A stretch of DNA of 63,988 nucleotides, the filler included, from Stramenopiles sp. TOSAG23-6 (Eukaryota): the NCBI GenBank assembly GCA_900128565.1. It is 7 parts of 7 records of this genome, joined end to end, with 100 filler letters (N's around TTAATTAATTAA, not from the genome) between each part and the next. Parts side by side here need not be neighbours in the genome. Positions count along the whole stretch, not along the records: positions 46,733 to 55,938 come from LT636389.1; positions 56,039 to 63,988 come from LT636492.1; 5 more parts are not named here. The stretch is one strand, 5' to 3'. The notes under the pieces are model-generated. The model was not told the DNA's origin, did no database searches, and was given only the letters and a program-made list of their open reading frames with translations. A program made the translations under genes and the position numbers. How positions within the stretch are numbered: the first letter of the stretch is position 1; every line of letters starts with the position of its first letter. Below are positions 48,429-61,629 of the stretch, one piece after another.

Positions 48429-49154
48429 CAGTGGGGAAAAAATCAGAATCACTCTTAATTAATTCACATTACTTTGTATCATTTTATGCATTATTTTATT
48501 AATAAATGTTGACACAAACCTGCTTCAGTATTTCCTTTCAAATCAAATCAAATCACATACGACGTACGTTTTTTAAGGACTAATTTCAAATTGTTTTTGT
48601 ACCAAATTCCGTACCTAACAAAACAACGAATCCAATTCTAAAATTTGTAGATCCATGCGGTTGTTGTTTGTTCTTTTGTGTTTCTCCGCTGCGCGCACTC
48701 AGCTCTGCTGAAAACGCAATTTTCGTCTGGGTATTGTAGATTACATTTATTGTCGCGCCCGCTAAAGTGATTTGTTGTGTGCCCAGTTTACGGCACCAAA
48801 TTAGAATATCGTGGTTTTGTTATCAATAACTGACCGATAATTTAGATTACACTTTTGTACACAGACTCACGGCATCATTCGCGGCTTAATTTGGTAAGGG
48901 CTCAGGGATAAAAGTACCGCGCAAAGCGCGTGCTAAAAAGTAGCTGGCTTAGACTTTATAAGTCTACGCACATACAGAATTCCCTAAAGAAAACTTCCAC
49001 AAAGTCTTGTTACTTTTGTTGGACGGGTTTCATACCAGCCGTTGAATAGTTTTCTGCTTTACCCCAATCCACGAAAATATTACTCCAACCTTCTTCTGAC
49101 TTCCGAGAGGAAAGTTCGTCAATTATTGCGAAAAGTACTGCCCCCTTTCCAGCT

Positions 49155-51981
49155 ATGGTTCAACCAAGAAAAGTTAGCACAGGAATGGCTGTACCACCTC
49201 TTCCTCCTCGGCCACCTCTCCCAACTGCTCCTGCTCCGAGAGTTGAAACAATTGAAACAATTCAACCTCCATTACCAGGAGCACCTCTTCCTCTTGCCCC
49301 ACCGGCACCAGGAACACCGACAAGAAAGCACGTATCTGCTTATAATTCTGGAAGTAAATCCGTTGGTTCAAATAAAAATGAGGCAACTGTTTCTGAAGTA
49401 TCGCCACTTCCTCCGTTGCCACCTCCTGAGTCGGGCTCTATAACCAACGCGACGGATCTGTTGTCACTCCCTCCGTTACCGCCTCCAGAGTCTGGATCTG
49501 TAACCAATGTGTCGGAACAGGTACCAACACCCAGAAAACGTCAGAGAGATAAAAATGGACAATCAAAAGAAGGTTCAAAGAATTCTCAAAAAAGAAATGG
49601 ATATTCGAATTCAGCGAAACGCCGTCGTCGTTTTCAATCGAGAAAAGGTTCTAGAAGATCTTTGGATAAAGCGAAATCTGATATCGAAGTAGGGTTCTTA
49701 CAACGCAAAACTCGCATCGGATTACGTGACGCAAAAGATGCATATAAAATAATTGAACAGTGTGGCGAAGGTACATATGGGTACGTGGTATTTAGAATAA
49801 TATTATTGCTTTTAACCCATCAACGTGCTCAATTCTCTGTTTCTCGTTTTTGCATTTTCAGTCATTTTCTTCATTTGATATGTTGAATATCTGAATGCTT
49901 TTCTTCATTGTCACTTGATGGATTACATCATTTGATACGTTGACTAGCTTGATTGTTTTTTTTGGCTTCACTTTGATGTGTTAGCTTTGATTTTTTGAGT
50001 TTTATTTGTGTCAGTGTAATGCTTTAGAATGCATTGTACAATCTATCTTATATGTAGACTTTTTTGTCTATTTTCCCTTTCCCGTGTCATTTTAATGTTT
50101 CCCTTTATTATTATATAATTATATTATGAGTAGTTACTTACGAGCATAATTTCGCCCTCCCCACCTCACCTAACTCTATATCCAAACCAAACCGAACAAA
50201 ACCAATACTTCCGCACTTAAATTACTATTACTATTCCGAAAAAATCAAATTCTACTTTATATTCAACAATTTGCAATTTGCATGTTTAATCATTATCTAT
50301 TCGACTGTCCCATCCATTACTTATAAAATGTTCGACATCGATTTCTATTGATATGATACACTAAACAGACAAGTATACAAAGCAAAATGTAAAATTACAG
50401 GTCAAATTGTTGCAATGAAAAAGATTCGCATGGAAAATGAAAAAGAAGGAGTAAGTAGTACATAAATAATTGTTTTATACAAGTGAAATTTTGACAATCT
50501 ACCAATCTACGCATAGAGAAACGTTTCGTCGGTAAAATCGCATGTTGTATCAAGTTTGTACCCTAATCGTTTATTGATTATAATGATTGTGTTAGTTGGA
50601 ATTATTGTGCGAATAAGTTTCCAAGCCTATTTTATTATACTTTTATAGTAATTGGCATTTTCACAGTAGGGTTAAATAGGCACAGCAGTCGATCTTACTC
50701 AGTACTAGTGTTGGTTATTCTCCGTCTCTTTCCTTTAGNGAGAGAAATGACTTCTAGTGGTGTAAACTGAGAATCGCGATGAAACGCACATCATGTGATA
50801 GTATTAGGGTTGTAACTTAGTGTGTTCGATGCAGTGAAACTATTGCAATTCTTATTGGCTATATCTAGTCCAAAGCTGTCAAACATGGGCTTTGATTTTT
50901 GTTTTTTTGTGTTTTTTTTGTGTTTTTTTCTTATTTTATTTAAAAAAAAAGCAAGATCTTATCATCTTCTGCTTATCATTAATATTCCCTCTTAGTATAG
51001 TTTCCAATAACTGCTTTACGCGAAATAAAAATTTTGAAGAGGATTTCAAGGCACCCCTCTATTGTCCGATTGATTGAAATTGTAACAACAAAAGCAACCG
51101 ATCATAACCGAAATCGAGGCGCAGTGTATATGGTCTTTGAGTATATGGATCACGATCTNACAGGTCTTTTAGATACCCCTGGAGTTGTTTTGTCGAAGGC
51201 ACACATAAAATGTTACATGAGGCAGTTACTAGAAGGCTTGTTATACATTCACAAACATGGTATTTTGCATCGTGATATTAAAGGTGCAAATCTTTTGTTG
51301 AATAATAATGGTGAACTTAAAATTGCTGATTGGGGTTTGAGTAGAGTTTTTCTAGGTAGAGAAAAAAAGTACACGACACGTGTTGCAACCTTATGGTATC
51401 GAGCACCGGAACTTTTACTTGGTACAACTTCCTATGGTGCTGAAATTGATATTTGGTCTGTTGGATGTATTTTTGCAGAGTTATTGTATCGTAAGCCAAT
51501 TTTGCCTGGGCGTGTTGAGATGGATCAAATTAAGCTAATTTGGAATCTTTGTGGNACTCCAACACAAAAGAATTTTCCAAATCATGATAGATTGCCTTGG
51601 TTTCATCTGTGTCGTCCTGAGAAGACTCGTGCTTCAGTGTTGAAGAAACGATTTGCTGGATTTTCAAATCTTGAACTTGATCTTGTGAGTAAAATGCTCA
51701 CCTTGGACCCAGCGAAACGAATTACTGCCGCAAAGGCTCTAGATCATGATTATTTTTGGTCAGGTTCCGGTGTCCCGAAACCTGAGGATTTGCCAAAGTT
51801 TAAAGTGAAATCAGCGCATGAATTTGAAGCGAAACAGAGACGAAATGCTGCAAAAAAAAGACAAGAAAATAACGTAAAACGAGGTCATGTACTACCTAAG
51901 CATGCTGGTAATAGAATGCATCATTCGCGAAAGAGTGGTTCAAATTTTCGCCCGCCACCTAGGCCTGGTTTACCCCCATGA
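49155..51981 (+). CDS. Transcriptional CDK (CDK9/CDK12/CDKC type) with Pro-rich N-terminus; canonical GT-AG introns 49781-50368 and 50451-51000
   Basis: Spliced GEGTYG|QVYKA...[50 protein letters not shown]. Confidence 0.92.
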
Positions 51982-52131
51982 TTAAATAGTAAAATTCGTA
52001 ACAAGAAACGTAACAGTGCTGTTGCGCTTTTTAAGAGAAAAAAAAATAGTATGAACAAAATATAGCATACATTTGCTATAATAAATTAAACAATGAACAT
52101 TTCTTCATATAATATTATCGGTTTATTTGTT

Positions 52132-52872
52132 TTATTTTGGTTTAATAGATTTTACTATCGATTNTACCAGAACTGAAAAATCGAAGTTACTTCTCTGAAC
52201 GAGGGGAAATTTTAGCGTCATAAACTCCAAAGAATCTTTAAGTACTTGGTCATTGTATTGCTTTATCAAGATGTTTAATTTGCTAACATCTTCTCGGAAT
52301 ATCCGTGCTTCTGAGGAAAAGATGAAAGTACTAGACACATTACCTTCCTTTATATAAGCAGAAACTTTTGTTTTTAAAGCACTTTGTATTCTATCTACTT
52401 CCAAGCGTATTTTTTTATCTAGGCCAAATGATGGGGGAGAAAAATTTGCATTCGCTAGTATTTTTGTATGAGCAGAACTCCCGCTAATATTATTCTGTGG
52501 AATTGGTTTTCCCTTGCCTGCAAGATTGTTGAATACACCTTCTTTTTGGGCTTGAAGCATCCGTCTTTCTGCTAGGGCAGCGAGTCCAGTGAAACCACCA
52601 ATTCCATTCTGTTGGAGATCTTCGAGCGAAATATCGTCAACACCACTTGCTTCATTTGCACGTTTTCGTTCAGCATACAAATTAGCAGCCCTTGTAGCTT
52701 TCGACTGAGAATCTAAACGCTGTGATACTTTATCCGCTTCCCGTTGTGCAGGACTTTTATGAAAGCCAGGGAAATCTTTACCTGACCAAAAACTGAAGTT
52801 ACGACTCGTATGTACAGCTCTGGTGAGAACTTGAGAGAAATTTATATTCAACATTACGTATCGATACATCAT
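52132..52872 (-). CDS. DUF1992 / DNAJC28-like protein, probably organellar
   Basis: LAERRMLQAQKEGVFNNLAGKGKP...KILANANFSPP. Confidence 0.75.
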   Translation of the reverse strand: MMYRYVMLNINFSQVLTRAVHTSRNFSFWSGKDFPGFHKSPAQREADKVSQRLDSQSKATRAANLYAERKRANEASGVDDISLEDLQQNGIGGFTGLAALAERRMLQAQKEGVFNNLAGKGKPIPQNNISGSSAHTKILANANFSPPSFGLDKKIRLEVDRIQSALKTKVSAYIKEGNVSSTFIFSSEARIFREDVSKLNILIKQYNDQVLKDSLEFMTLKFPLVQRSNFDFSVLVXSIVKSIKPK

Positions 52873-53173
52873 TTAGAAAGCATAAATGCAGTAAAAATCG
52901 ACATTTTTGTTGCTCATTTGTAGCTAGTTAACCATAATAACGGGTACCGATTATTATTAATATCATATACGCGTAGTAGCCTTGATCAAAATAAGATCGA
53001 TCCCGAGGGCAATAAATCAAACAACGCGAAAGCGGTCAAAAAAAAAAGAGTCAAAACCGAAAACGTTCAGTGTGTCTGTCAGCACATCTGCACATATATA
53101 TACTACGGTTTATTTTTTTTAATAATAATACGACGTAGAGTCTTCTTCACTTTAACCAATTCGAATTCTTTAA

Positions 53174-54990
53174 ATGAAAATGGATTGTAGTATACATGGT
53201 GTACCTGTTGGTGCCGTTCTCACATCAAGATCTAGTATGCGTGTCGTTCGAAATTGTTTGCATAGTTTAGGATCAACATTAACGGTGACTCCGTACAGAT
53301 ACTCTGCTGGTGACACAACAAAAGAATTTGCAGTTCACGTCAAAAATAGTGAGGTAACACTACTGCTCAATGATGCAGAAGTCACTGGTGTTTTCGACAA
53401 AATTCCTCCTAAATTATCATCATTATTAAAACAAGGCCTAATTCATTGGGTCAATGGTTTGCGTATAGGATCTAAGAGCTGTAGAGGTTGCGAAAATGTT
53501 GTGCCAAACACTCTAAGTTGGTCACTATCTGGTGGTGAACGAAGACGTCGAGCAAGTGGATTAGCTGCTAAAATAGCCTATATGGCTAGTTGTACGGCAG
53601 TTACTGTTGTCTCGAATATGGATAATCAAGTTGTAGATACTAACACGAAGTCGGTAGGAGTTTTAGATACAGAAAAAAAAAGTTGCTTTCGTTATATTGA
53701 ACTATTCGCAGGAATAGGAGGCTTTCGAATTGCTATGGATAAAATTGGAGGACGTTGTGTGTTTGCGAGTGAAATATGTAGAGAGGCACGCCAAACATAC
53801 CATGCTAACTTTGGGCCAACACCAATCACATTTGCTGGTGACATAACTGAAGTGGAAGCATCATCTATACCGGAATATGATATACTAACTGGTGGTTTTC
53901 CATGTCAAAGTTTTAGTCATGCAGGTGAACAGAAAGGATTTCGTGATTCTCGAGGACAACTCTTTTTTGAGGTCTGTAGATTACTTCACCATGGTAAACC
54001 TAAAGCCTTCATATTAGAAAATGTTCCTGCTTTGGTTGAGATAGATGATGGTGCCGTTTTGTGTACAATATTAACTGAACTAAAAAATGCAGGATATTTT
54101 GTGAAATGGAAAATTCTTGACCACAAAGCGTATGTTCCACAGAGGCGATTTCGCGTTTTTTTTATTGGAGTTCGGACTGATTTGATGAAAACGGAAAAAG
54201 ATTTGGAATCATTTCAATGGCCTGAAGGACCTACATGTTCAACGCCACCAATTTTGAGAGATGTCCTTGAAGACTTCGTAGATGAATCAACCCCTAAGAA
54301 ATATAAAATAAATGATATCATCTCTGATAGGGAGTGTAACCTTAAGTCTACACAGAGTCATAATGAAAAAACATTCGATAGATTCAAATTAACAAAAGAC
54401 CAATGGAATAATATTAAGGAACGAAACANGAAAAGACACAAAAATATTTCTAGTGATACAAACAATATAGATTTAGATTGGCGTGTTGTCGATGTAAATG
54501 GTATTGCGAATACATTAAGGGGAAGATATAGAAAAAGTTGGCAAGTACAAAGTCAATTTGTTCGAGTTCAACAAAAATCATGTACGTTTTCATTGTGAAT
54601 TTCAAATTTATTAGTTTTTTTCATACGAAATTTCGTACCTAACGATTTTTTTTTTTTTTAAATTTTCACAACACATCATCCAATCAATCAGATAATGATT
54701 TAAATAATGATTCCTCAGAAGTACCCATTCGATTTTTTACTCCAAGGGAATGTGCACGAATTCAAGGCTTTCCCGATTCCTTTATTCTCGATGCCTGTAC
54801 AAGGAATAGTCACGGGAAAATTAAGGGATCTCATAGAAAGAGAAAACGGAAACAAAATATAAAAGAAGAAATAGCTAGGGTTAGGGTTGCAAATGGGCTT
54901 AATCGGATATATCATCAAATTGGAAATTCAGTTTGTCCTCCTCTAGTCAGTGCAATTGCTGAGTCTCTTGTAGACATACTGAAACTATAA
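53174..54990 (+). CDS. DNA (cytosine-5) methyltransferase, Dcm/bacterial-like; family intron 54582-54676
   Basis: Motifs I ELFAGIGG, IV GGFPCQSFS, VI ENV and VIII PQRRFRVF; after splicing, IX RFFTPRECARIQGFP and X YHQIGNSVCPP. Confidence 0.92.
54582..54676 (+). mobile_element. Introner-like family copy in the DNA methyltransferase gene
   Basis: AT|GTACGTTTT...ATACGAAATTTCGTACCTAAC...CACAACAC-AT|. Removal restores the frame to motifs IX and X. Confidence 0.85.
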
Positions 54991-55299
54991 GTATTCAATG
55001 AAAATAAAGACTTACTGAAACTATAAGTATTCAATGAAAATAAAATTGCATCTTATTATATTATCTACTAAAAATTATTATAAAAAAATTTTAAAAATCT
55101 AAAAAAAAATCTTAGGTACAAAATTTTCAAAAAAAAAAAAACATAAATTCGAAATTGAAATTATTAATATTGAACATTAAAAAGATACTTGACTTAAGTT
55201 TTATTATTTCTTTTATTTCATAATATAACTATCCAATGGATTAGTGAATTATTAGGGGCAATCAGATAGCAAGACATCAATTTTTAAATAATTTATATT

Positions 55300-55770
55300 T
55301 TACTCACTAATGGTGCCCCATAATACTTCTGAAGCCAAATCTGTAATACTTGAACCTACATGTATTGTGAAAAAAAAATGTAGTCAAAATTTGTTACGTA
55401 CGGAATTTCGTACGAAAAAAAGATAAATTTGAAATTCAATTTTGAAATTCAATTTTGAAAACGTACTAACTTATGGCTATTTTTCGTGAGGTGAATGCCA
55501 TCCGTTCCATTTTCTACATCCTTTACATCATCTAATACAAGGCATTTGCAAATGTATTTTGGAAAAATATTTCAAAAAAATTCTAAAAAATTTGTTAGGT
55601 ACAAAATTTCGTACGAAAAAAAAATCGATTTTTTCGTTAAAAAAAAAAATAAAACATACATATTAGCATCTGTACTAAATTCATCCAGGGTATACACAAT
55701 CTCTCCAGTACCCGGTACTGTAGTTTGAATATGACAATATCCATAAAATGTACCTGACCACAAGCATTGT
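55300..55770 (-). CDS. 3' part of SGNH/GDSL-like hydrolase; family introns 55360-55466, 55552-55659; probable 1-nt homopolymer frameshift
   Basis: DGIHLT followed, after a frame change in an A-run, by NSHKL|VGSSI, resembling SGNH block V. Confidence 0.45.
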
Positions 55771-56038
55771 CACGAAATATTACAATTTTTATTTTGTTAG
55801 GTGTACAATGTTTCATACAAAATACAAATTTTAATTCAAATTCAAATTAAAATTCAAATTTTAATTCAAATTAAAATTCAAAAAAAAAAAAAAAAAAAAA
55901 AAAAATGTTTAGGAAAAAATTTTGGAAAAAAAAAAAAANNNNNNNNNNNNNNNNNNNNNNNNNNNNNNNNNNNNNNNNNNNNTTAATTAATTAANNNNNN
56001 NNNNNNNNNNNNNNNNNNNNNNNNNNNNNNNNNNNNNN

Positions 56039-59000
56039 TACCATTTGGATAAGCAGCTGTAACAACACCTGGATACCAATTATTTCCATCCGTGCCACTC
56101 CCATACATTGCTGTTATTGTTTGACCGATTGTAAATGACATAGAAGGTATAGTTTCTGGTTGTGTTGGTTGCTCTGCTTTTTGTACATCCTCCTTTGATT
56201 GTGCTGTAGACTGTGGTTGAGGTGTAGACTCTGATTGAGGTGCATTTGGTGCTTCGCGCTCGCGAATATATTGTGATTGCATACCGGCCTCGAAGTCACC
56301 ATCCTCGTATCGTATATCGAATGTACCATTTGGATAAGCAGCTGTAACAACACCTGGATACCAATTATTTCCATCCGTACCACTCCCATACATTGCTAAT
56401 ATTGGCTTTCCAATGAGAGCATTCATCTTTGCTTCAGTTTGAGCTCTTTCCAATGCTTCTCTTTCTATTGCTTCTCTTTCTATTGCTTCTCTTTCTTCCC
56501 TTAGTACTCTATCCGCTTCAGCTTTAGCTTCTCTTTGTATAGCTTCTATCTCTGCAGCTTCTTTGGCTGCTCTTTCCTCCTCAGCTTTTGCTATAGCTTC
56601 TTTTTCAGCGGCTTCCCTTGCTATTTTTTCTGCATTTGCTCTAGCTTCTCTTTCCTTGATTACTTTTGAATGTAAAACTTGCATTCTTTTTGCTTTAGAC
56701 GTATCAACATATTTATCATACTCATCTTTAGTCATATCATCTAAATCTATAGCAACTATTAAAGTTTCTGATGAACTTATTCTTCTTGTCGTTCTCCATC
56801 CTTCTTTTAGATTTCTTTTGGGTTTCCAGCTCATTAGAGGCAATTTGTTATTTGGTGCAAGTGATGGAAATAATGACGACTGTTGTACAGGTTGAACACT
56901 TTGCGTAGTTGGTTCTAATGCCGCCGAAGATGAGTCTGGACTACTTGGCTTATTTTCACTGGATTGTCGCTCTTCTGATTTATTACTTGCTGAATCTGAA
57001 ATTTTTTCCTCATTGTCGGCTTCATTGGTTTTACCACTTTCTGTGTGTACTTTCTCCTTCTTTCTAAAACTGAAGAAACTTTTTTTTCCCTTTTGTCTTC
57101 GACGTTCAGGTTTATTTACTTCTTTGTGGATTTCATTTTGTGTTCCATCTGTATCATTATGGCTTTTACAATTTGACTGAGATAAATCATTTCTTCTTTG
57201 ATTTTCTCCTATTTTATCTTGTGTGTCATTCGAATTTAATATATTCTCAGCAGCTACATTTTCTATTTTTTGACTTTTTGTGTCATTTGAAATTAATATA
57301 TTTTCAGCAGCTACATTTTCTATTCTTTGAGCTTTAAGTAAAGGTGCAGCGCTTTCTGTCCGAACAACATCAGGTACGTTTATACTAAATTGTGTTTGAG
57401 CAATGTTAACATCGGGTACATTTATAATTGTCTTTGGTACTATGGTATCAGGTATAGATTTTGACTGTGGCGTAGGCTGTATTTCAGGAACACCCATAGC
57501 TACCGGGTCAACATCATTTACATTACTATTTTCTGTGCTTTGTACTTCACCAAGATCTGCTACATCATTCATTTTATTCTCTTTTGATGGGTCCACGATA
57601 TCAATTTCATTTTTGTTCAAACTTCTTCTTTCATGTTTATGTTTCTTTTTTTTGTCGCTTTTGAAAAATCCTAAAAAACCTTTTCTTGTTTTCTTTTTCT
57701 TTTTCATTCTCTTCGTTTTTGTTGAAGTTTGTTTTTCAATATTATCTACACTTTGCGTACTTGGGTATTCAGGAGACAGTTCTGTTTCATTCTTTAGATT
57801 TTCAGTTTCCCCAATAGAAATTGTATTTGTCTCATCATTCTTGACATTTTCATTATCTACGTTTACTTTACCATCAGTATCATTTGATTCAGATATTTTT
57901 TCTTCAGTGTTTTTATTATCCTTTTCAATTTTGTTCTCTTCAGAGATTTTTACGGTATTAGTTTCATTATGACTTATTTTGTCACCTATTTTGTTAGTCG
58001 CTTCTAATGTTAAATTTGTTTCAGCACTAGCTATACTTGGTGCTGATTCATCTTTCTCTTTCTCTTTCTCTTTGGATACTATATTTTCATCTAGGGTCTT
58101 TTCAATTTCTGTAGTTTCATGCTCTTCATTCAAAATTGGTTCGATAATTTCTACTTTCGGTCGATGAATTTCACTTTGTATACTTGATTGATCAATTTTA
58201 TCTTGAATATCTTTCTCTATCCTATCCGGCATTATTTCATCATTACTTGGGTCGATCGAAACCTGTTTTCCATTTTCTTGTAATAGTTCAGATGCATTCG
58301 CCAATATCTCATTAGTAGTTGGAGTACCATTACTATTGTCATCTCGATGTATAGGTGTTGCGGTGGTTTGATTAACGATTTTTGGGATTTCAGATGACTT
58401 TGGACTAATTTGTGAACTTTCTTCAATTTGATTACTTTGTTTTGCTGATAGATTATTGACACATTGCTTGTTATTACCCATGATTGTATTTTCAGATGTT
58501 TCATTTTGAGCAAGATTATTATTAGCAATATCATTTTTTGTTGGTGTATTATTTTTTTCTGTGAACAAAGGCTCACCTTGCTCTTCTGTTTTCGAATTTT
58601 TCGAATTTTCAAAACTATTTATTTCGTTGTCTTTTATTTTTTCATCTGGAGTGTACGCCGGATCTATACTAAATTTATCCGATTTATTCTCTAATTTGCT
58701 TCGCATTATTTTCGCTGCTTCGCTTTGAGATTCTTTCATCATATCTTTTTTTGTTTTTTTTGGCGAAAACATTTCAATATCATGAGGAGACATTCCTAGT
58801 GTACTAGCGGATACTGAATCTATATTATCTACGGGGTTTGCTGCATTATTATTATTCACATGTTTTACTCTCTTCGACTTTTTTTTCTTTTGCTTTCTTC
58901 TAGTTTTTGGTCTGTTTTTACCTAATTTAGCTGTTTTGGGTATAGCTGCAGTCTTTGGCCTTTGTCTTTTACTCTTTGGTGTTTTTTTATCTATTTTAGT

Positions 59001-59924
59001 TTTAGCAGTCTTTGGACGCGTCTTCAAATTATTTTTAGCAGTCTTTGGACGCGTTTTCAAAGTTTTTGGTGATTTCGATTTTGTTTTAGAGACATTATTT
59101 GATCTATTCTTTTTTATTTTTCTTAAAGATTTTGTAAGTTTTTTTTCCAAATTGTACACAATTCTTGCAGTGTGAATAGAACCTACACCCGAAGCGGTAT
59201 TATTTGTGGTTTGATACTTTGACTCTGAACTTTTCTCACTATTTCGTGTTTTGGAATCTGATTTACTCGATGCAGCTGCAGTAGCACGGGCAGATGCCCC
59301 AGCTGCAGCCCGCTGTGCGTCTGAAAGTTCAACTTTATCCGTTTTCCAATTTGTTTCCCCTGGGATCTTACTCGAACTATCTTTGTCAGTTTTTGGCACT
59401 GACTTAATGGTTGTCTCAATTGTCATTGGTCGTGCCATGAGACGTTCATGCGCTGCAGATACTTTTTGAAACATGGCCTTTGCTTCTTCTGGATTCTCTG
59501 GATTTTTATCCGGATGGTACTTTCGTGCTAATGTTCGATATCGCGCACGGATTTCTTCATCGCTCAGTGCTCCAAAACCGGGTAACTCAAGTAACTGACG
59601 AGCTTCTATTTCAGTCATTAATGTTGGCCTAGATTGTTTACCTCCCAGATTACCAGGAGATTTTCTATTTCTTGTATTTTGAGAATATTTAGAACCAATT
59701 GGCGAATTCTCAGGACGTTTCGGTCTCGCCGAGTAAGGCCGTTTCGGTCTGGCTGAGTATGGTCTATTGTGTTTTATCCCCATCTTTTGATCCAGGTGTT
59801 GCATGAAGGCATCCGCAGCGCTGCTCACATTTCGTTTTCTTTCGACAAAACCCTTTAACTTACGTTTAGTTTGCATCTTCTTTGGTCTAACCTTCCTCTT
59901 TCTCAATATCTTTTTCTTCGTCAT
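56039..59924 (-). CDS. Large J-domain protein with low-complexity middle and tandem Tudor/Agenet-like repeats, 3' truncated
   Basis: J domain EIRARYRTLARKYHPDKNP, RPKTA repeats, and a duplicated AMYGSGTDGNNWYPGVVTAAYPNG(TFDIRYEDGD). Confidence 0.85.
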
Positions 59925-60473
59925 TGTCTAACTCGAGTCAAGTCTTTTGTCCCAAGACTCTTTTCCCTTGTTTTGTTATTCCTATTAACCCTAACCCTAA
60001 CTCAAACCTAAGACAAACCTAAGACAGTTGGAGTAACTCTAACCCTAGCAGTTATGACCAAACTGGTTGAGACAATAGACGGATAATAGCAATTGATGTT
60101 TTGTTTTCTATATTTCAAGTATTTGTATTGTGGTGCTTCCCAACGCTCGTTAATTGTATGCCATGGTTAAGCGTGAATGTACTACTATACTATACGTATA
60201 ACTAAATGTTATTGTTAGAATCAGTTACAACTTCAAACGTAAAAAAAAAACGGCTTGATAACCCTAACCCTAACCTTAAAAGGTTTAGGTAAGGAATTTA
60301 GTACGGAATTTCATACTAGTAAGTCAGTTTTAGCTATACGGTTACACAAAAAAAGCGTGACATCCCCCCCCACTTTGAAATTAGCAGTATCAAACAAGCT
60401 GAAGCAACTTAATATTTACGATAACTACATTTAGAGATACTCGAGATTCTAATTTATTCATTTCATAGCTTCG

Positions 60474-61415
60474 ATGACAGAAAAATGCTTTTTATCTGAA
60501 TCATCTGTAGAACGTATCTATGGAGAACTCGAACGTTTAGATGCGTCATCTTCTGTCAGCAGCATTGCGTACCTAACACTATATAAAATATTTTTATCAA
60601 ACATCACTTATTTGAATCATTTCTAAAACTAAAATATTGAAGCATTTTGAAATATTACACAAAATATAGACAACTTGCAACGGACTTAAACAGACCTAAC
60701 TATCAATATGATATGCGTGATAGCATTTATGTAGACTATACCTATTACAATATAGGGTTTTGCAGAGAATCACAATTTTCAATAAAAAAAGCAATGACAT
60801 TGCTTAATTTACTAGAAAGAGTATTTTTACACGCCATTGAAACAGAATTTGGAGATATACAGACAACTTATGAAGTATTACAAAAAGGGATACTCGATCA
60901 TGTAGCAAAAACAGAGTCAAACAAGTCTATTGCTGAGAGCGAAACAACTGAACAACACGAAAAACACGAAAAACACGAAAGTGTTTCGTTTTCAGTGAGT
61001 GAAATCAAAAATCTCACAGAGTATTTTGCTAATACATTTGCACGATACTTCCCAGCATATAAGCAAGTGTTTACAAAACGAAGATATGAAACACAATCTG
61101 TTTTATCAGTTTCTTGTACATTGTTTTCAGCATTCAATTATTTCTTTTTTTTTACGCGTAAAAAAAAATTCCATACCTAACATTTGTTTTTTTGAAATAT
61201 TTTTTCACAATATATGCGAAACTCCTTTACGCCAACCATGTTTGATGGAAGGTCGACTAAAAGGTGAAGGAAAACCTGATGGAACAAATTTGGTAAAAAC
61301 AGTTGAAAAGGTTAAAAAAGATATTGAGCCAAATGTGAGCACTATTGATAATGTTAGCACTATTGATGATGTCAACACTCAAGAAGAAAATACAGAAGAT
61401 GTGAATTCGTCGTAA
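60474..61415 (+). CDS. Flagellar CLAMP/C1a-32 (CFAP119-like) protein; canonical intron 60569-60642, family intron 61116-61215
   Basis: YNIGFCRESQFSIKK...FSVSEIKNLTEYFANTFARYFPAYKQVF. Confidence 0.65.
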
Positions 61416-61629
61416 AAAAAAGTTTGTTAGGTACAAAATTGTCTACGAAAAAATAATTTTGAAAAAAATCATAAAAACATTTTAAAAACATTTTTGGTAA
61501 TCCTGGCCCTTTCCAAAATACATAGTTAAAAACTTTAACCGTGTGTATATTATATAAATAAACAACAGAATAATTACATTTACTTTATTTTGCGTGCATG
61601 TGCCAAAAAATGATTCATTAGAGTTAGAA

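Noticed and set aside
55467-55551. Possible selenoprotein (CIR-TGA-CKGC frame)
   Set aside because: The correct exon phase gives the open frame ...DGIHLT, so the TGA is off-frame.
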